Positions 1 through 12,367 of a DNA stretch of 64,000 bases are shown here, one piece after another. How positions within the stretch are numbered: position 1 is the stretch's first letter; the number at the start of each line of letters is the position of its first letter. Both the position numbers and the translations under genes were made by a program. The notes beneath the pieces were generated by a model. It saw only the letters and a program-made list of their open reading frames with translations. It searched no databases and was not told the origin of the DNA. Source of the stretch: Antedon mediterranea (Eukaryota; Animalia; Echinodermata); NCBI RefSeq assembly GCF_964355755.1, contig NC_092672.1, positions 3,720,001 to 3,784,000 of the forward strand. Reading direction: 5' to 3'.

Positions 1-290
1 ACAAATTAGACACATAAGTTTATGTGACAAAAAAATGTTATGTGTCCATATATGGTATGATGATGTCATATCACTACTATATTTAAGCATATTTGGACAT
101 ATCACACTTTTTTATCAAACTAATTTGATAGTGTAGACAGAGCTTCTGTCCACGCTATCAAATTAGTTTGCCAAAAATGTTAATAGACACATACATTGTT
201 CATGTAGGAGATACAAATGTTAGTGTAGACAGAGCTTCTGTCTACACTAACATTTATAGCTCCTAAATGACCAATATGCTCAAAAACAAG
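1..290. mobile_element. Cluster of PIF/Harbinger-like MITE copies (family A, TIR AGCTCTGTCTACACTATCAAA)
   Basis: End-to-end termini gtgtagacagagct|tctgtc(c/t)ac at ~130-160 and ~220-250; internal ATGATGTCATATCACTAC motif shared with other copies. Confidence 0.8.
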
Positions 291-320
291 TATTTATGAA
301 AATAAAAACCTCTACTGTAC

Positions 321-3300
321 CTTTGCATTTTGATAGTTACTATGGTTAAGAAGGCCAGGTCTGTCAAAAGTCTGACAGATGGATTTGAAACGACTATAGA
401 ATGCCGCTTTACACAATCTACTTGCACCAGAAGTGGAACTACGAAATGGGGAGCTGAAAAAAAAAAGGATTACCAAGTCAAGTAAATTTAATAACACCAT
501 ACATTTAAAGATATATTGTCCCCCAAAAACATGAAAAATGAAGATTAATTAAATCAGACATTGAATAGGTTATTTTGTAGTTTTAATAAAGTGAACCACT
601 TCCGTAGAAAAAAAAAAAAAATAATAATGTTTTCACTTATAAAATAACATGATAAATGGTTAAATTCAACCAAAAATTTGACAATCTTTTGCTTTAAATT
701 CCATTTTTTTCAGGTAAATAAATTTGTTTTTTCGATCCAATTTCTGGTCGAAGTTCAAAGTTCATACACCTCCAACAGCAAGTAGCTTGGCAATAACAGG
801 ATGGATAAACTATTTAATAATTTATCGTGCTTATAAACCAAGTCTCATTTGAGGCTAGGGAGTGAAGTTGAAAGAGTTCTAGCTAGCTTGCTAACTAGGT
901 CAGGATTGAACCCTGGACCTTGGATTGGAAGGCAAGCACGTTAACCACCAAGCTACAGCTCCACTCCTATATTTCACTTACTATTCAGTACTGCAACCCG
1001 TCTTGGCATCTATCACTTCGTACTGGCCGTCCCCAATGCACCAGTTTACACTGGTGAAATCTTTGCTGTCATCTAGATTTGCCGTGTATGTAGTGACTCG
1101 GCCAATCAGAAGATGGTTTATAAAATAATCCGGAGGCAGGTTTACTTGGAAATCGTCGGATAGACGACAGCACATGGCTCTGGAGAGATGGCCATGATGG
1201 AACATATCACCTGAAAAGATATAATATTATGAGAACTTATCAACATCATTATTGTAATATGTAAGCATATACGAATGAAGCATCAGATGTTTATTCTCAA
1301 CTAAAATAAGGACAAAGAAATGAGAGTGAGGTGTCTTTGATTTTTTGTTTTGTTTTTATATATTTAGGAAAATTGCCAAGGATAACCATAAGCAAAATCA
1401 TTCACTATCCTCCTTAAAGGTGACAAGCCTGTTGTTCACAAGACAAACATACACAAGATGCTCTACATAAACAAAGTCTTACTACAAGTCTTTGGGAATG
1501 GAGTTGTAAATTGTCATGGTCATTAGAAAAAATTCTGACATGACAGGACTTGAACCCAGGATCCTTGGATATCGTACTACCTATCTTAGATGGCCTGTTC
1601 TTCCTTCATAAATTGTGAAAACTAAAGTGCAAAAGATATGACATATAGCCGAAGTTAACACTTTATTTAACCATTTTTAGGCCCCCTTACCCTTTTAATA
1701 AATGAAACTTGTACAGCGCCGGTGTCCCCCACCCATGTGGAGCTTATGGCGCTTTGTAACGTGCGAGTACATCAGCGAATAGCGATGTCTTCAGGTTTAT
1801 AACAATATTTATTTTATTTTATTTATTCTTTCTTTTGACTGGATTGCATTTGAACGCAGTACTGCTTTCCAAAATGGTCCAGTTACAAATTTAAAAGTAA
1901 AGGAAAATTATAACATATAAAATACTGAAAGATAAAAGCATAGTAGGCCTAATTTAAAAGATATATACAGAGAAGTTAAAAACAATTTTTGTTTCTATAA
2001 AAAACATACAGTACATACAAAAAAAAGGAGCATTTAGATAACATTAGAGTTGTTATATTTTTTAGTTTATAAATATTTTTCCGAATTACTTTTGTTCTAG
2101 TTTCAGTTGGTAAAAGATTCCATTCTTTTGTTGCTCTGTCCGTATTTGAAGGTTCTTTTACCTTGTAATGAATAGGATGTGATAAAAGACAATGACATTT
2201 CTTCATGTGTAAATGTTTGCTTACCAACAGTGATAGACATAAGATACACAGGTTTAATAAAGTAACTCAGCAAAGCCCCTTGTAGACCAATCACGTTCCA
2301 GCAAAGCAGCTTGTCAGAATCGCTCATCAATGGTATCTGCGACTGCCAGAAGGAAGAAAATAAAGTAAATCTTAAAGTACAATAAAAATCCAGGAAAATG
2401 AAGTGAATAGGGTTGTGGCTGTAGTGTTAATTAAAAATAGTTCATTCTTGTATAGCGCATAGCTCTCAATGCGCTGCACATTATTACCCTGGTCATTTTT
2501 TCAATCAGATACCTTTGGACTGGCCAAATATGTCTGGTTTTCCAGAAAGTCTGGTATTTGAAATGTGTTTTTAATAGTAAAAATGAATTTGGGACTGTTT
2601 GGAAAAGTCTGGTATTGGGAGAGTTGACTTATGTGAATAATAATTATAATAATAACCTTACAAAATGCACACTATCTAAAAAAGTGACTAAATGCACTTA
2701 CTTGCTTTGACAGAAAAGCAAAGGTCATTTCAACTTTGCTCTGAATTTTATCCACACCTAAAACGTTACCTAAAGAAATATGGCAAAATAGAGATAAATA
2801 CACGCTTTACTATACCAAGCTGTATCAAATGATATAAATTTATTTATATGTTCTCTGCGAAATCATGGCAGCTTCAGGTACAGCATTTATCATGATCAGG
2901 GAATCCAAACTCTTTCAGAATAGCATATTTTTTATAGGAGCTATCTAAAGGCTGAGGTGTAATGAGAATAAACCATCTTGTACACTCATTTAAAGCTTGT
3001 GCTTTCTCACATGTCAATTATCACTTTAAAGAACCCAGTACATCTTTCGGAAGAGTAGAGAGCTACCCCAGTGTACTTGTTGATTTAGCCCATGTCGCTG
3101 TAGACAGACGAACGGGCGCCATTTAGTGGAAGCAATCGACACGAAGGGACCCTTTAGGGGTGAAGAAAGTTGTGGTATGTGTCATCCACACCAGTGTGCA
3201 ATTCGGCCCAGTAGGCTGCTTTTCATGGTTATTCCCCATTTACATAATGTAATGTACAACATATAAACTGACAAACTAGCTGCATAGACTTACCGGTATT

Positions 3301-5592
3301 TGTTTTAACTGTTAGTCTTGATGAGTCCACAAGAATTTTGGGTATATGTTCTCCGGTACTCATCAAACACATGTCTTCTTTAGTTGCTTCTTTGTGATTT
3401 TCATTTCTGTAAAGTTAATGTAACAATTGTAAGTAGTAATTCATATTTATATTAAGGAAATAAAGAGAAAATTTTTTTTTAATACCATGATTATTATTAT
3501 ATCAATTTATTTAATTTTTTTCTACATGCAGTAGTTAACTTTAACAGCAATATTTGAATTTTAAAAATATTGATAAATTTCAACTTCACCTATTTATTAT
3601 TATATTAGTATAATTTTATTGTATAATAATAATAATAATAATAATAAACTGTGACGTTTGCTCCTAAATGGAAGAAGAAGGTACTTATTAGTTCTCTCTA
3701 CTTACGGATTAACAAACTGTGTTGCATCACCACTGGGGGCTCTGTTCATATAGAGGTGAAAGGTCACACCATCCTTGATGGAAAGCAAGTGTGATCCAGG
3801 CATATGTACAAATATAGAGTCTGCTGCTTTTTCCTCCATATATGATTTTAATTCTCGATACAAAAATCTGTAACAAAAATGAGTCAAATTTAGTTATATT
3901 AGCAGTTGTCTCTAAAGCTCTGTCTACACTATCAAACTTTATGCAACAGAAAATGGGACGTGTCAAATTCTTACCTAACAAATGACCTTCTTGTAATAGT
4001 CAACCCAAAGTTATCAATGTTGACACGCCCATCTTTCTTCAAATGTAGGCCCTGAATTGACGAATGACCGGTTCCTAAACATATTAGTTGCCCAGGATCC
4101 TCTGGACCTACAAAAAAAAAAATTATCCGTGACAGTATATCAATATTAAATCTAGCAATATTTAAAAATATTATATTCTAAACTGCAGTAATCATAGCAA
4201 ATGTTGTGACATGGACATTACCTCGTTTCATAACGATAGAACAGTAGCTGGTTTGCTTACTGAGTTCCTGACAGCCTTGAAATGGGTTGCCAATTTTTGG
4301 ATGTGCTTTGGCAACCTTAGCAATTTGGTCATCCTCTGTTTCACCCCCTGCAGTGTATGCATCTACTGGCGAAGTTATATGGTCTTCTACTGGCGCAGAG
4401 GGAGGCTGAACATATCCTGACACAGGTTGTGTCTTTTGCTGTTGTTTTTTTGTTTCCTCCTCCCTCTTCAATTGGTACTCAAGATAATTTTCCTGGCTCG
4501 GTAAATTCCACATATCTTCTCCTGGTAACGGCACATTCTGGTTGTAGTTTACCTGATAATGGCCACCACCACTCGCAACAGTTTCTTGCTCAGCTGCTGC
4601 AAGAGTTTCTTTATCAGTAGGATCTGGTTCTACATAAATTGTCCGACCACGAGAATCCGTAATCATATTTTCCATATTTTTCGAAGGATTATCTTTTGGA
4701 AGGCCAAGTAAAGCTCTCAGTGCTTTTGTTGAAGCATCATTCTTTGCGTCTTTCTTCGATCTACCGACACCAGTTTCGTGATCAACACCATCAATGACTG
4801 GCTTGCTGCCAAATGATTGTAAAGAATACACGGATGGGGGTACGTCCGCCTCCTGAAATTTTATAGTTAACCTCTGAAGTGAACAGAACTCATTCAAGCA
4901 TTGTGTTGGATTCTTCACTCCATGAAGAAAATCGTGAATCAGTTGTTCTGGAACTTTTTTTGGTAGTGCTCTTCCAATGATAGGATTCACACCACCACCT
5001 GTTGTTGCATGGTCACCAGCTGCTGTGGTCTTTGAGTGGATCAATTTTATTTTATTTAGTGGATCATTATACGTAGGTCTTGTCGTCTCTTGAACATGTA
5101 GCTTGTGACGAAGATATTCACTTTGCTGATTGACCTGTGTGTTAAAATAAGTTATAGAAATTAAAATATAAATTCTGTACTCCAATGACCACTAGAATTA
5201 CATTACACATTTTAAACACTACAGTTACTGTATGTAGTACAAGAGAAAGAATTATTTAAAATTCAATAAATAAGTGTTAATTTATTTTCTACACATCCAA
5301 CAGCGAGGTACCTGCCAATTGCAGGATGGATAAACTTTTTTTATACTTGATCATTCTTAAAAACTAAGTATCAGGCTTAGGGAGTGGAGTTGAAAGAGTT
5401 GAGTTACAACCCTGGCAATTGGCAATGATAGAACCCAAGGACCTTCACATTGTCAATATTTAATCTTCTTTTCAAGCAAGTAAACATGAATCAATTAGTA
5501 GGTAGGCTAGGCCTATGCCTATTGTATCTATTATTAATTGTCTACAGTACCTTCGTTTGGTCATGTGGTTTATATCGGTTATCTTCAATCAT
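321..5592 (-). CDS. ADAD1: ADAD-like protein (one dsRBD + catalytically inactive adenosine deaminase/editase domain); 3' end runs off the window
   Basis: Phase-consistent GT-AG exons (minus): 5592-5551, 5134-4222, 4107-3975, 3867-3706, 3406-3294, 2757-2702, 2342-2225, 1210-982, 453-321 (633 codons). dsRBD: [11 protein letters not shown]...[14 protein letters not shown]. Deaminase motifs: [93 protein letters not shown]. Start codon uncertain (a possible upstream exon at ~6748-6830). ADAD1 vs ADAD2 orthology not resolved. Confidence 0.88.
760..965 (-). mobile_element. tRNA-derived SINE (third family)
   Basis: B box GGTTCAATCC on minus; shared 3' part with copies at ~5290-5447, ~11333-11372 and ~54085-54297 (+). 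Confidence 0.65.
1805..2190 (-). mobile_element. CR1/L2-clade LINE 3' fragment in an ADAD intron
   Basis: [10 protein letters not shown] (WNxLP motif of CR1/L2 ORF2 ends) followed by 3'UTR and AAATA tail. Confidence 0.6.
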
Positions 5593-5663
5593 TTCTGGGA
5601 AAAAAAACAAGGAAGTTATTACACAAAAGTAATATAATATGGCTAGCCTAGGCCTAGGTAGTC

Positions 5664-6579
5664 GGCGCTAGTTCCGTTTCGCACCTGTTTTTATTTCGAC
5701 TTCCTTTTGACTCCAAATTGTTAAGCAACTTATTGTGAATACCACACCTTAAAATTGGGCCTCATAAGTACTTTTATGAAGAAGAATCACATAAAAAGTA
5801 ACTAATAAATCCTTAAATTGATGATTTTACCATGGAGTAACTCCATGATTTTACAGACATTTTTCTCGCATACCGTTCGCGAATTTAGCATACTCGAAGT
5901 TCAATATTTTCGTTTCTATGGAGCGCCAAAAGAGCAACAACAATAGATGGTTAAAAACTCAGTGGAATGCGTCTTCTTTTAATGCATTTATTATTGAAAT
6001 ACACGTTTAATTTTAATATATTTTGTCAATAAAAATGCTGTAACATTTTACTGCTAATAATTTGCTGTTTTCAAATAGCAACCAACCCTAGACCTAAGAG
6101 TAAGACTAAGTAAGAGGAATATTATTTAGATCAGGTATACCCCTACAGTACATGTAATATGATGATGAATTTGTCGATTTTCATTCCTAAAAGTTCCTGC
6201 AAAAACCATGTACAGTATCAACAGTAATATTTTTGTTGCATTGACATTGACAAAATATGATAAAATTGAACGTAATTTTCACCAATAAATGCATTAAATA
6301 TACGCAATTTATTGAGTTTTTAGCCCTCTATTATGATTGCTCTTTTGGCGCTCCATAGAAACAACAACATTGAACATGGAGTATGCGAAATTCACGAACC
6401 GATGTGCGAGAAACACGTCTGTAAATTCATCAATTTAAAGGATTTATTTTTTACTTTTTGTGTGATCTCCTTCGTAAAAATATTTTTGAGGCCTAATTCT
6501 AAGGTTTGGTACTCACGATAAAGTTACTTAACCAATTTTGAGTCGAAATAAACGACAGGTGCGAAACGGAACTAGCGCC
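5664..6579. mobile_element. Foldback-type non-autonomous DNA transposon with several-hundred-bp inverted arms and 8-bp TSD
   Basis: Termini GGCGCTAGTTCCGTTTCGCACCTG...CAGGTGCGAAACGGAACTAGCGCC; TSD AGGTAGTC on both sides (5656-5663, 6580-6587). Confidence 0.9.
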
Positions 6580-7333
6580 AGGTAGTCTAGGGAGGTCTAG
6601 TAGTAGGATAGGATAGGCCTACAAAACAAATACAGTAATTATAAATAATAAGACATGAGAAAGGCTATTTTAGGCCTAATTATTTCCTAACTAGGCATAG
6701 GCTAGGCCTACTAGAATTCAAGATTCAAATGAAATTATGTGAAGTACCAGTCACTTGATTTTTCTTCCACTTCAAGCAACCTTGCTCAACCTCCAATTCA
6801 CGGTTCCAAACAATTGGTGTTGAAAAATTCCTAAATCTATTATTGGAGCATGACAAATTTTGATTTATTTATCAATCAGGAATAGACCATTATTATTACC
6901 AATATAGTTTACTTGCTGAAACCCTTTTTTCCTCGTTATTTAAATGAAACTCAATATTATGTACAATATATCTCATGTTAAACTATTATTATTAAGTGTA
7001 AACGTTAATTAGCAATACCTCGTATGGTATACCAATAAATATTTCTATGTTTATGTGTACATAATTCTCCCTAAACAAAAGTCGACATGTCCGATTTGGT
7101 TTGCAAATTGTATGGAACGCCGATTACGTAATATTAAAGTTATACGTAAGCGTATTTTAAATTACCTGTCATAAAAAAAATTGGATAAAACGGGGAAAAA
7201 AATAGCTAATTAATTGATTAATTAATTAATGGCAAAAAATTCAGGATGAATGCATGTGGTCATTTTGCAGGCACACTCTTCCTCCTCTCTCTATGATGAC
7301 GGTCACCCTCCTCAAGCACTATCTGTGCAACAG

Positions 7334-9041
7334 GTTCTAGGACACCTACCCCCTAGACAGTTACCCCCCGGATGTTTACCACCCGGACAACTACCCCCTT
7401 AGGACAACTACCCCCCGGACAACTACCCCCCGGACAACTACCCCCTTAGGACAACTACCCCCTTAGGATAACAACCCCCCGGACAACTACCCCCCGGACA
7501 ACCACCCCCTTAGGACAACTACCCCCTTAGGATAACTACCCCCCGGGTAACTACCCCCCGGTCAACTACCCCCGGTCAACTACCCCCCGGTCAACTACCC
7601 CCCCCCCCATCCAAAAGTAGACAAATATATAGGACCGGTTTCTGTAAAAATGAAATCATCTGTTTTTAACGGGTGTTTCGAAACTAGAGACCCGAAACCA
7701 GAGACCTGACACGAGACCCAATACGAAAAGGGAGACCTATATTTGGGTCTCCCTTTTCGTATATTAGGGTCTCCCTTTTCGTATAGTGTGGTCTCTCTTT
7801 TCGTATAGTGGGGTCTCCCTTTTCTTATAGTGGGTCTCCCTTTTCTTATAGTGGGTCTCCCTTTTCGTATATTTGGGTTTCCCATTTTGTATATTTGGGT
7901 CTCCCTTTCGTATAATTGGGTCTCCCTTTTCGTATATTTAGGTCTCCCTTTTCGTATATTAGGGTCTCCCTTTTCGTATAGTGGGGTCTCCCTTTTCGTA
8001 TAGTGGGGTCTCCCTTTTCGTATAGTGGGGTCTCCCTTTTCGTACGTGGGTCTCCCTTTTCGTATATTTAGGTCTCCCTTTTCGTATTGGGTCTCGGGTC
8101 TCTGGTCTCTGGTCTCGGGTCTCTAGTTTCGAAACACCCGTTTTTAACCGATTATTCTGTTTAACAGCACGCTAGACCCTAGATGTGCTAGATTTAAAGT
8201 ACCGTATTTATTGAAAAAACGGCCTGGGCTGTTTATTGTTTAGGTGGTTTTTAGGTGGACATTTATTGGAAGAAAGTTGTTTATTCAATGGGAGGGGTAT
8301 AATCTAATGGAAATAGACGCCGATTATTCCATATGATGTTTCATGGGAGTGACATGGTCACCGTTTATTTGAGGGGAATTTATTTAAAGATCGACGTTTA
8401 TTCGGTGAGTGAACATTGAGGTCAAATATCAAAAGTCATATTATTCTTCAAGTGTACAAAAATACATATATGACAAATTTGAGACAAAAATTAATTCTTT
8501 TAAGACCAGTGGTTATCGAAGCATTGTCCTGACGCAAAAATTATTATTATTATTAGCGAACCCAGTCTTTACAGTAAATACAGGAAGTACTATATAATAC
8601 GTTCGACTATCCTATGATCATGTGTGACAATCTTCAGTTTATACCAGGCTATATTTATGTTCAATCTTTTACTTTTGTTTACAATAATGAATAGTAATTC
8701 GTCATTAAAATATAGTTATTAATTCCTATTATACACTGTTGCAGAGTAAGGTTGTTGAATGGTCTGGGTGGTTAGGGTGTTCTAAAGGGATAGTTTTCTG
8801 GGTGGTAATTGTCCGGGGGGTAATTGTTCCTAGGGGGTAATTGTCCGGGGGGTAGTTGTCCAGGGGGTAGTTGTCCTAAGGGGGTTGTTGTCCTAAGGGG
8901 GTAGTTGTCCGGGGGGTATTTGTCCGGGGGGTAGTTGTCCTAAAGGGGTAGTTGTCCTAAGGGGGTAGTGGTCCAGGTGGTGGTTGTCCGGGGGGTAGTT
9001 GTCCGGGGGGTAAATTTCCAGGGGGTGAATATCCGGATACG
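7334..9041. mobile_element. MULE-like element with minisatellite arms (GGACAACTACCCCC)n / (GGGGGTAGTTGTCC)n
   Basis: Inverted arrays at 7341-7600 and 8800-9041; TSD GTGCAACAG at 7325-7333 and 9042-9050. Confidence 0.85.
7671..8139. mobile_element. Nested MULE-like MITE with internal ~21-22 bp tandem array
   Basis: TIR GGGTGTTTCGAAACTAGAGACCCGA; 9-bp TSD GTTTTTAAC (7662-7670, 8140-8148); internal (GGGTCTCCCTTTTCGTATA..)n. Confidence 0.9.
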
Positions 9042-9383
9042 GTGCAACAGCCTCCTGTAGTGTGTAATGGATGGAGCTGCCGAGGCAGCCATGACATTTG
9101 GCTTGACTTTTTCTAAAGTATGTTTAAATAAACAGAATTCATTATTATTTGTAGTTTTAGTATTTTACTGATATTTTAATATTTTGTGTTCTCCAGGCCT
9201 ACCTTCTTCTTGCAGACATTATGCGGAGATTTATAGCCTATACCACCACGTGGTAAAAAAACGTGTTTAAACATGCATGTGTTCCTTACTTACTGGTGTC
9301 AATCATGCATCACCATGATGATGCGCGCACATGAGACGAGTTCAGATTAAATTTGGTAATGTTCTCAGAGGGCGTCCTTAATT

Positions 9384-10140
9384 TAATAATAATAATAATT
9401 TAATAATTTATTTCGGAACTTCACTTTTGTAAGTGCGTCCAACAAAAAATATATAAGAAGAAAACACAAAATAGACAAAAACATTAATCTTACTTAAACT
9501 ACATACGGTAACATGCAATAAAACCCATTCATTCCCCTCCCTCCCCTTCTCCAAAAATAACAAGTACAATATATTAAATTATAAATACAGTACATGATTA
9601 TTACTCTTAATCTACAAACCAATCACTAATCACCACTACCCACCAGACGCCTTTTAATTTATCTATTTTTTGGGATTAAATTAATTGAGAGCGCTTTTTC
9701 CATAATCTTTTAACATATGCTTTACAAAACCTATCAAGAATATTCATAACTTCTTTGCTGAAGAGATAATTATCACTTCCCAGAGTAAGATGTAATTTAA
9801 CGTCAGTGTTCCCATTAATGAATAACTCCCAAATTTCATTATAATCAAATGATTGCAGTTGTAGGAGGCCTAACTTACCTTGTATTTTCATCGGTCCTTA
9901 TCTCATTGAACGCAGGACATTCAAATAAAAAGTGTCTGATATTTTCTTTACAATTATCACTACAACGTGTACACAAACCATTACATTCTGATGTCCAATT
10001 ACATCTACCTTCAAGCGGGAGAGTATTTGATCGTAACTAAAACTTAAGATTTACCCCCTCAAAGTCTTTATTGAATGTGTAAATTTGATATTCCAGAATC
10101 GGATACTTTAGTTAGTTCATGATCAGACAAAAGATCATCC
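9384..10140 (-). mobile_element. 5'-truncated non-LTR retrotransposon (LINE) 3' fragment
   Basis: Degenerate ORF2 C-terminus LRSNTLPLEGR...CTRC..CKENIRHFLFECPAFNEIR...LWKKRSQLI, then 3'UTR and (ATT)n tail; second 3'UTR copy at ~59730-60075. Confidence 0.8.
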
Positions 10141-10614
10141 ACCATTTCTTCCTAAAACAAATACAAATTGTATGCATCCCTGACATATTATTTATTAAAA
10201 CAAATATTTTTGCATCATCACTATGTCTATTCAATAATTTAAATATTGTTGAAATGATAATTATAAGTATTCATACTCATAGGTGCTAGGAAGAATGTTT
10301 TTCATTCTTTTATGAGGACCAGAGAAAGAGAAAGTCAGTTTTAAATTTTCCTCTGGTCGAGTTTGTTTCTGCCAAATATGCCACCAACAATCACATATAT
10401 TATGTATATGTATTTCGCGAACGTGTTGCGTTCAAAGAGGAGATAGCCGGATGAGATAGTTGACGAGATCTTTGGTTGCGTTTCAAATAAATTGTATAAT
10501 ATAAAATGCACCTTTTGCGGTCCATAATTTTTAATTTATACGCATGACCGATCAATCTATAAATAATCATTTTCGTTTTTTCCAGAAACTATTGTGCGTG
10601 GTGCTCTTATAAAT

Positions 10615-12367
10615 ATGGTTCTCAGATATTTTGTACTTTCTCTGGTATTTTTATATGTATTTACTTTATTTCCGAGGGATATTGAAGGTTCATTTTTAAG
10701 TGATGTATCCGATGGTATTTCACAACAAATTAATGCAATCAGTCAATCAGATTTTCTTAAGCGAACTCAAGTGGTAAGTGTCGCGGAGCAAGCCGCCTAT
10801 ATTATATAATATTACTAACTTCTTCACTATAAAACGCCGTATGTCCGCCTGCTAATCAGAATTTTGTTTAGCAGGCTTTTAGGCCTAGAAGAGAAGAGGC
10901 TATTGGCACGGCTAACCGTGTCTGTAATTTATTTTCTATAGGTATGGTCGACCGTGCATCAAAATTATTTTCAATCAGGAGGGAAGTTAACCATATTTTA
11001 CTAGGCCTAGATGCATTCAACTGTCTTGGTCTACTCTTTTAATATAGATAGAACAAATTTAATTTGTTTAAAAACATTTTTATTTTCGAGTTATTATATT
11101 GACAGACTACTTTTTTAATTTTAATCTATTTACATTTTTTAGAAATGGGGTAGCGCCGAAAGGAAAGCCAAAAAAGTTGTGAGCTTGGTACAGGATGGGA
11201 AGCTTGGATTAGAAATTCAACAATTTATCAGCAAAAATTTGAAATCTACTATTGGAGTACCAAGTTTGTACTTTTTTGTTTAATAATATTTATTATAATA
11301 AACTAAAAACATTTTATTTGATATCACATACCCTACATCCAACAGCGATATGCCATACAATTACAGGATGCCTTAAAGACATCAGCATAATTATAATTAA
11401 TTCAGCTTTTAGAAGTTTCTGAATTATTATTTTAAAGTACTGGTATAATATTAATAAGTAAAGTATGAAAATGATGAATACAAAAAACGAGTTTAAAAAA
11501 TGAATAAAATACCAAATAATATAATCAAGTTTCTTTTACTGTCCAGTATGAAGTTTTATTAATCAAATTCCTGTCTTTTATTAACTTACGTCTTGTTGAT
11601 TGACAGTTACCCAGCTAGAAGATTTCTTGAAGTTTTTGGACCGGTCCTTACTAGAAATATGCCTCCTGATCTGCTGGATTCTCTCTGGTGTTTTGTTAAG
11701 TAAAGTGTTTAGCGGATCAAGTACGCTATTTGCCATGTGTGTCAGTCTTTTACTACATGCCATATATGGCCCTGTATGGAGTATGATGCAGTTTATCATT
11801 ACAATAGGTGAATATTTGTTTAAAACATAAAAAATTAAAATTTAAAAATCAGACTTTGAATAGGCAATTTTGCATTTTTTTTTAAATTAATCACTTTCCA
11901 TAGAAAAAAAACACTGATTTCACTTCTAAAATGACAATAAACTATTAAATTTAACCAAAAACCCATTGTCAGTCAGACAATTTGACTATGTTTTGCTTTA
12001 AATTACAGTATTTTTTATGTAAATAATTTATTTTCGATACAATTTTTAGTGAATAACTAGTATGGCATATTCAATAAAAAAACAAATTTAAGGGGACAAT
12101 ATCTTTAGGCATTACATATTTTATATAATATCTTTCCATTTTTAAGGGACGTTTGGATACTGTGTTAGTCTAATTGCAAACAATCTTGTTCTTCTGACTT
12201 TGACGTTTTCAACGCTTTTTGTGGCACACAAGTTTTTCGGTATCCTACGAGGGGCGCCAGAACCAACTCTATCCGATATTAATCTTCGTATTTGCAACCT
12301 TCAAACACGACAAATTGATTTAGATTCACGGCTCCAAAATATTGAAGAATTATTACAGAAGAAATAG
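10615..12367 (+). CDS. 233-aa signal-peptide/multi-TM protein with C-terminal coiled coil, BRI3BP/TMEM109-family-like
   Basis: Exons 10615-10773, 11143-11263, 11607-11807, 12147-12367 join in frame (702 nt) from ATG to TAG. Hydrophobic N-terminus MVLRYFVLSLVFLYVFTLF, about 3 TM stretches, C-terminal heptad LSDINLRICNLQTRQIDLDSRLQNIEELLQKK. The family call rests on architecture only. Confidence 0.75.

Noticed and set aside
6748-7100. Upstream coding exons of the ADAD-like gene
   Set aside because: 6830-6748 is open and phase-compatible, but no in-frame ATG exon could be linked to it; left out of the model.
7595-7885. 96-aa IRKGRPT-repeat ORF
   Set aside because: Translation of the satellite inside a MITE.
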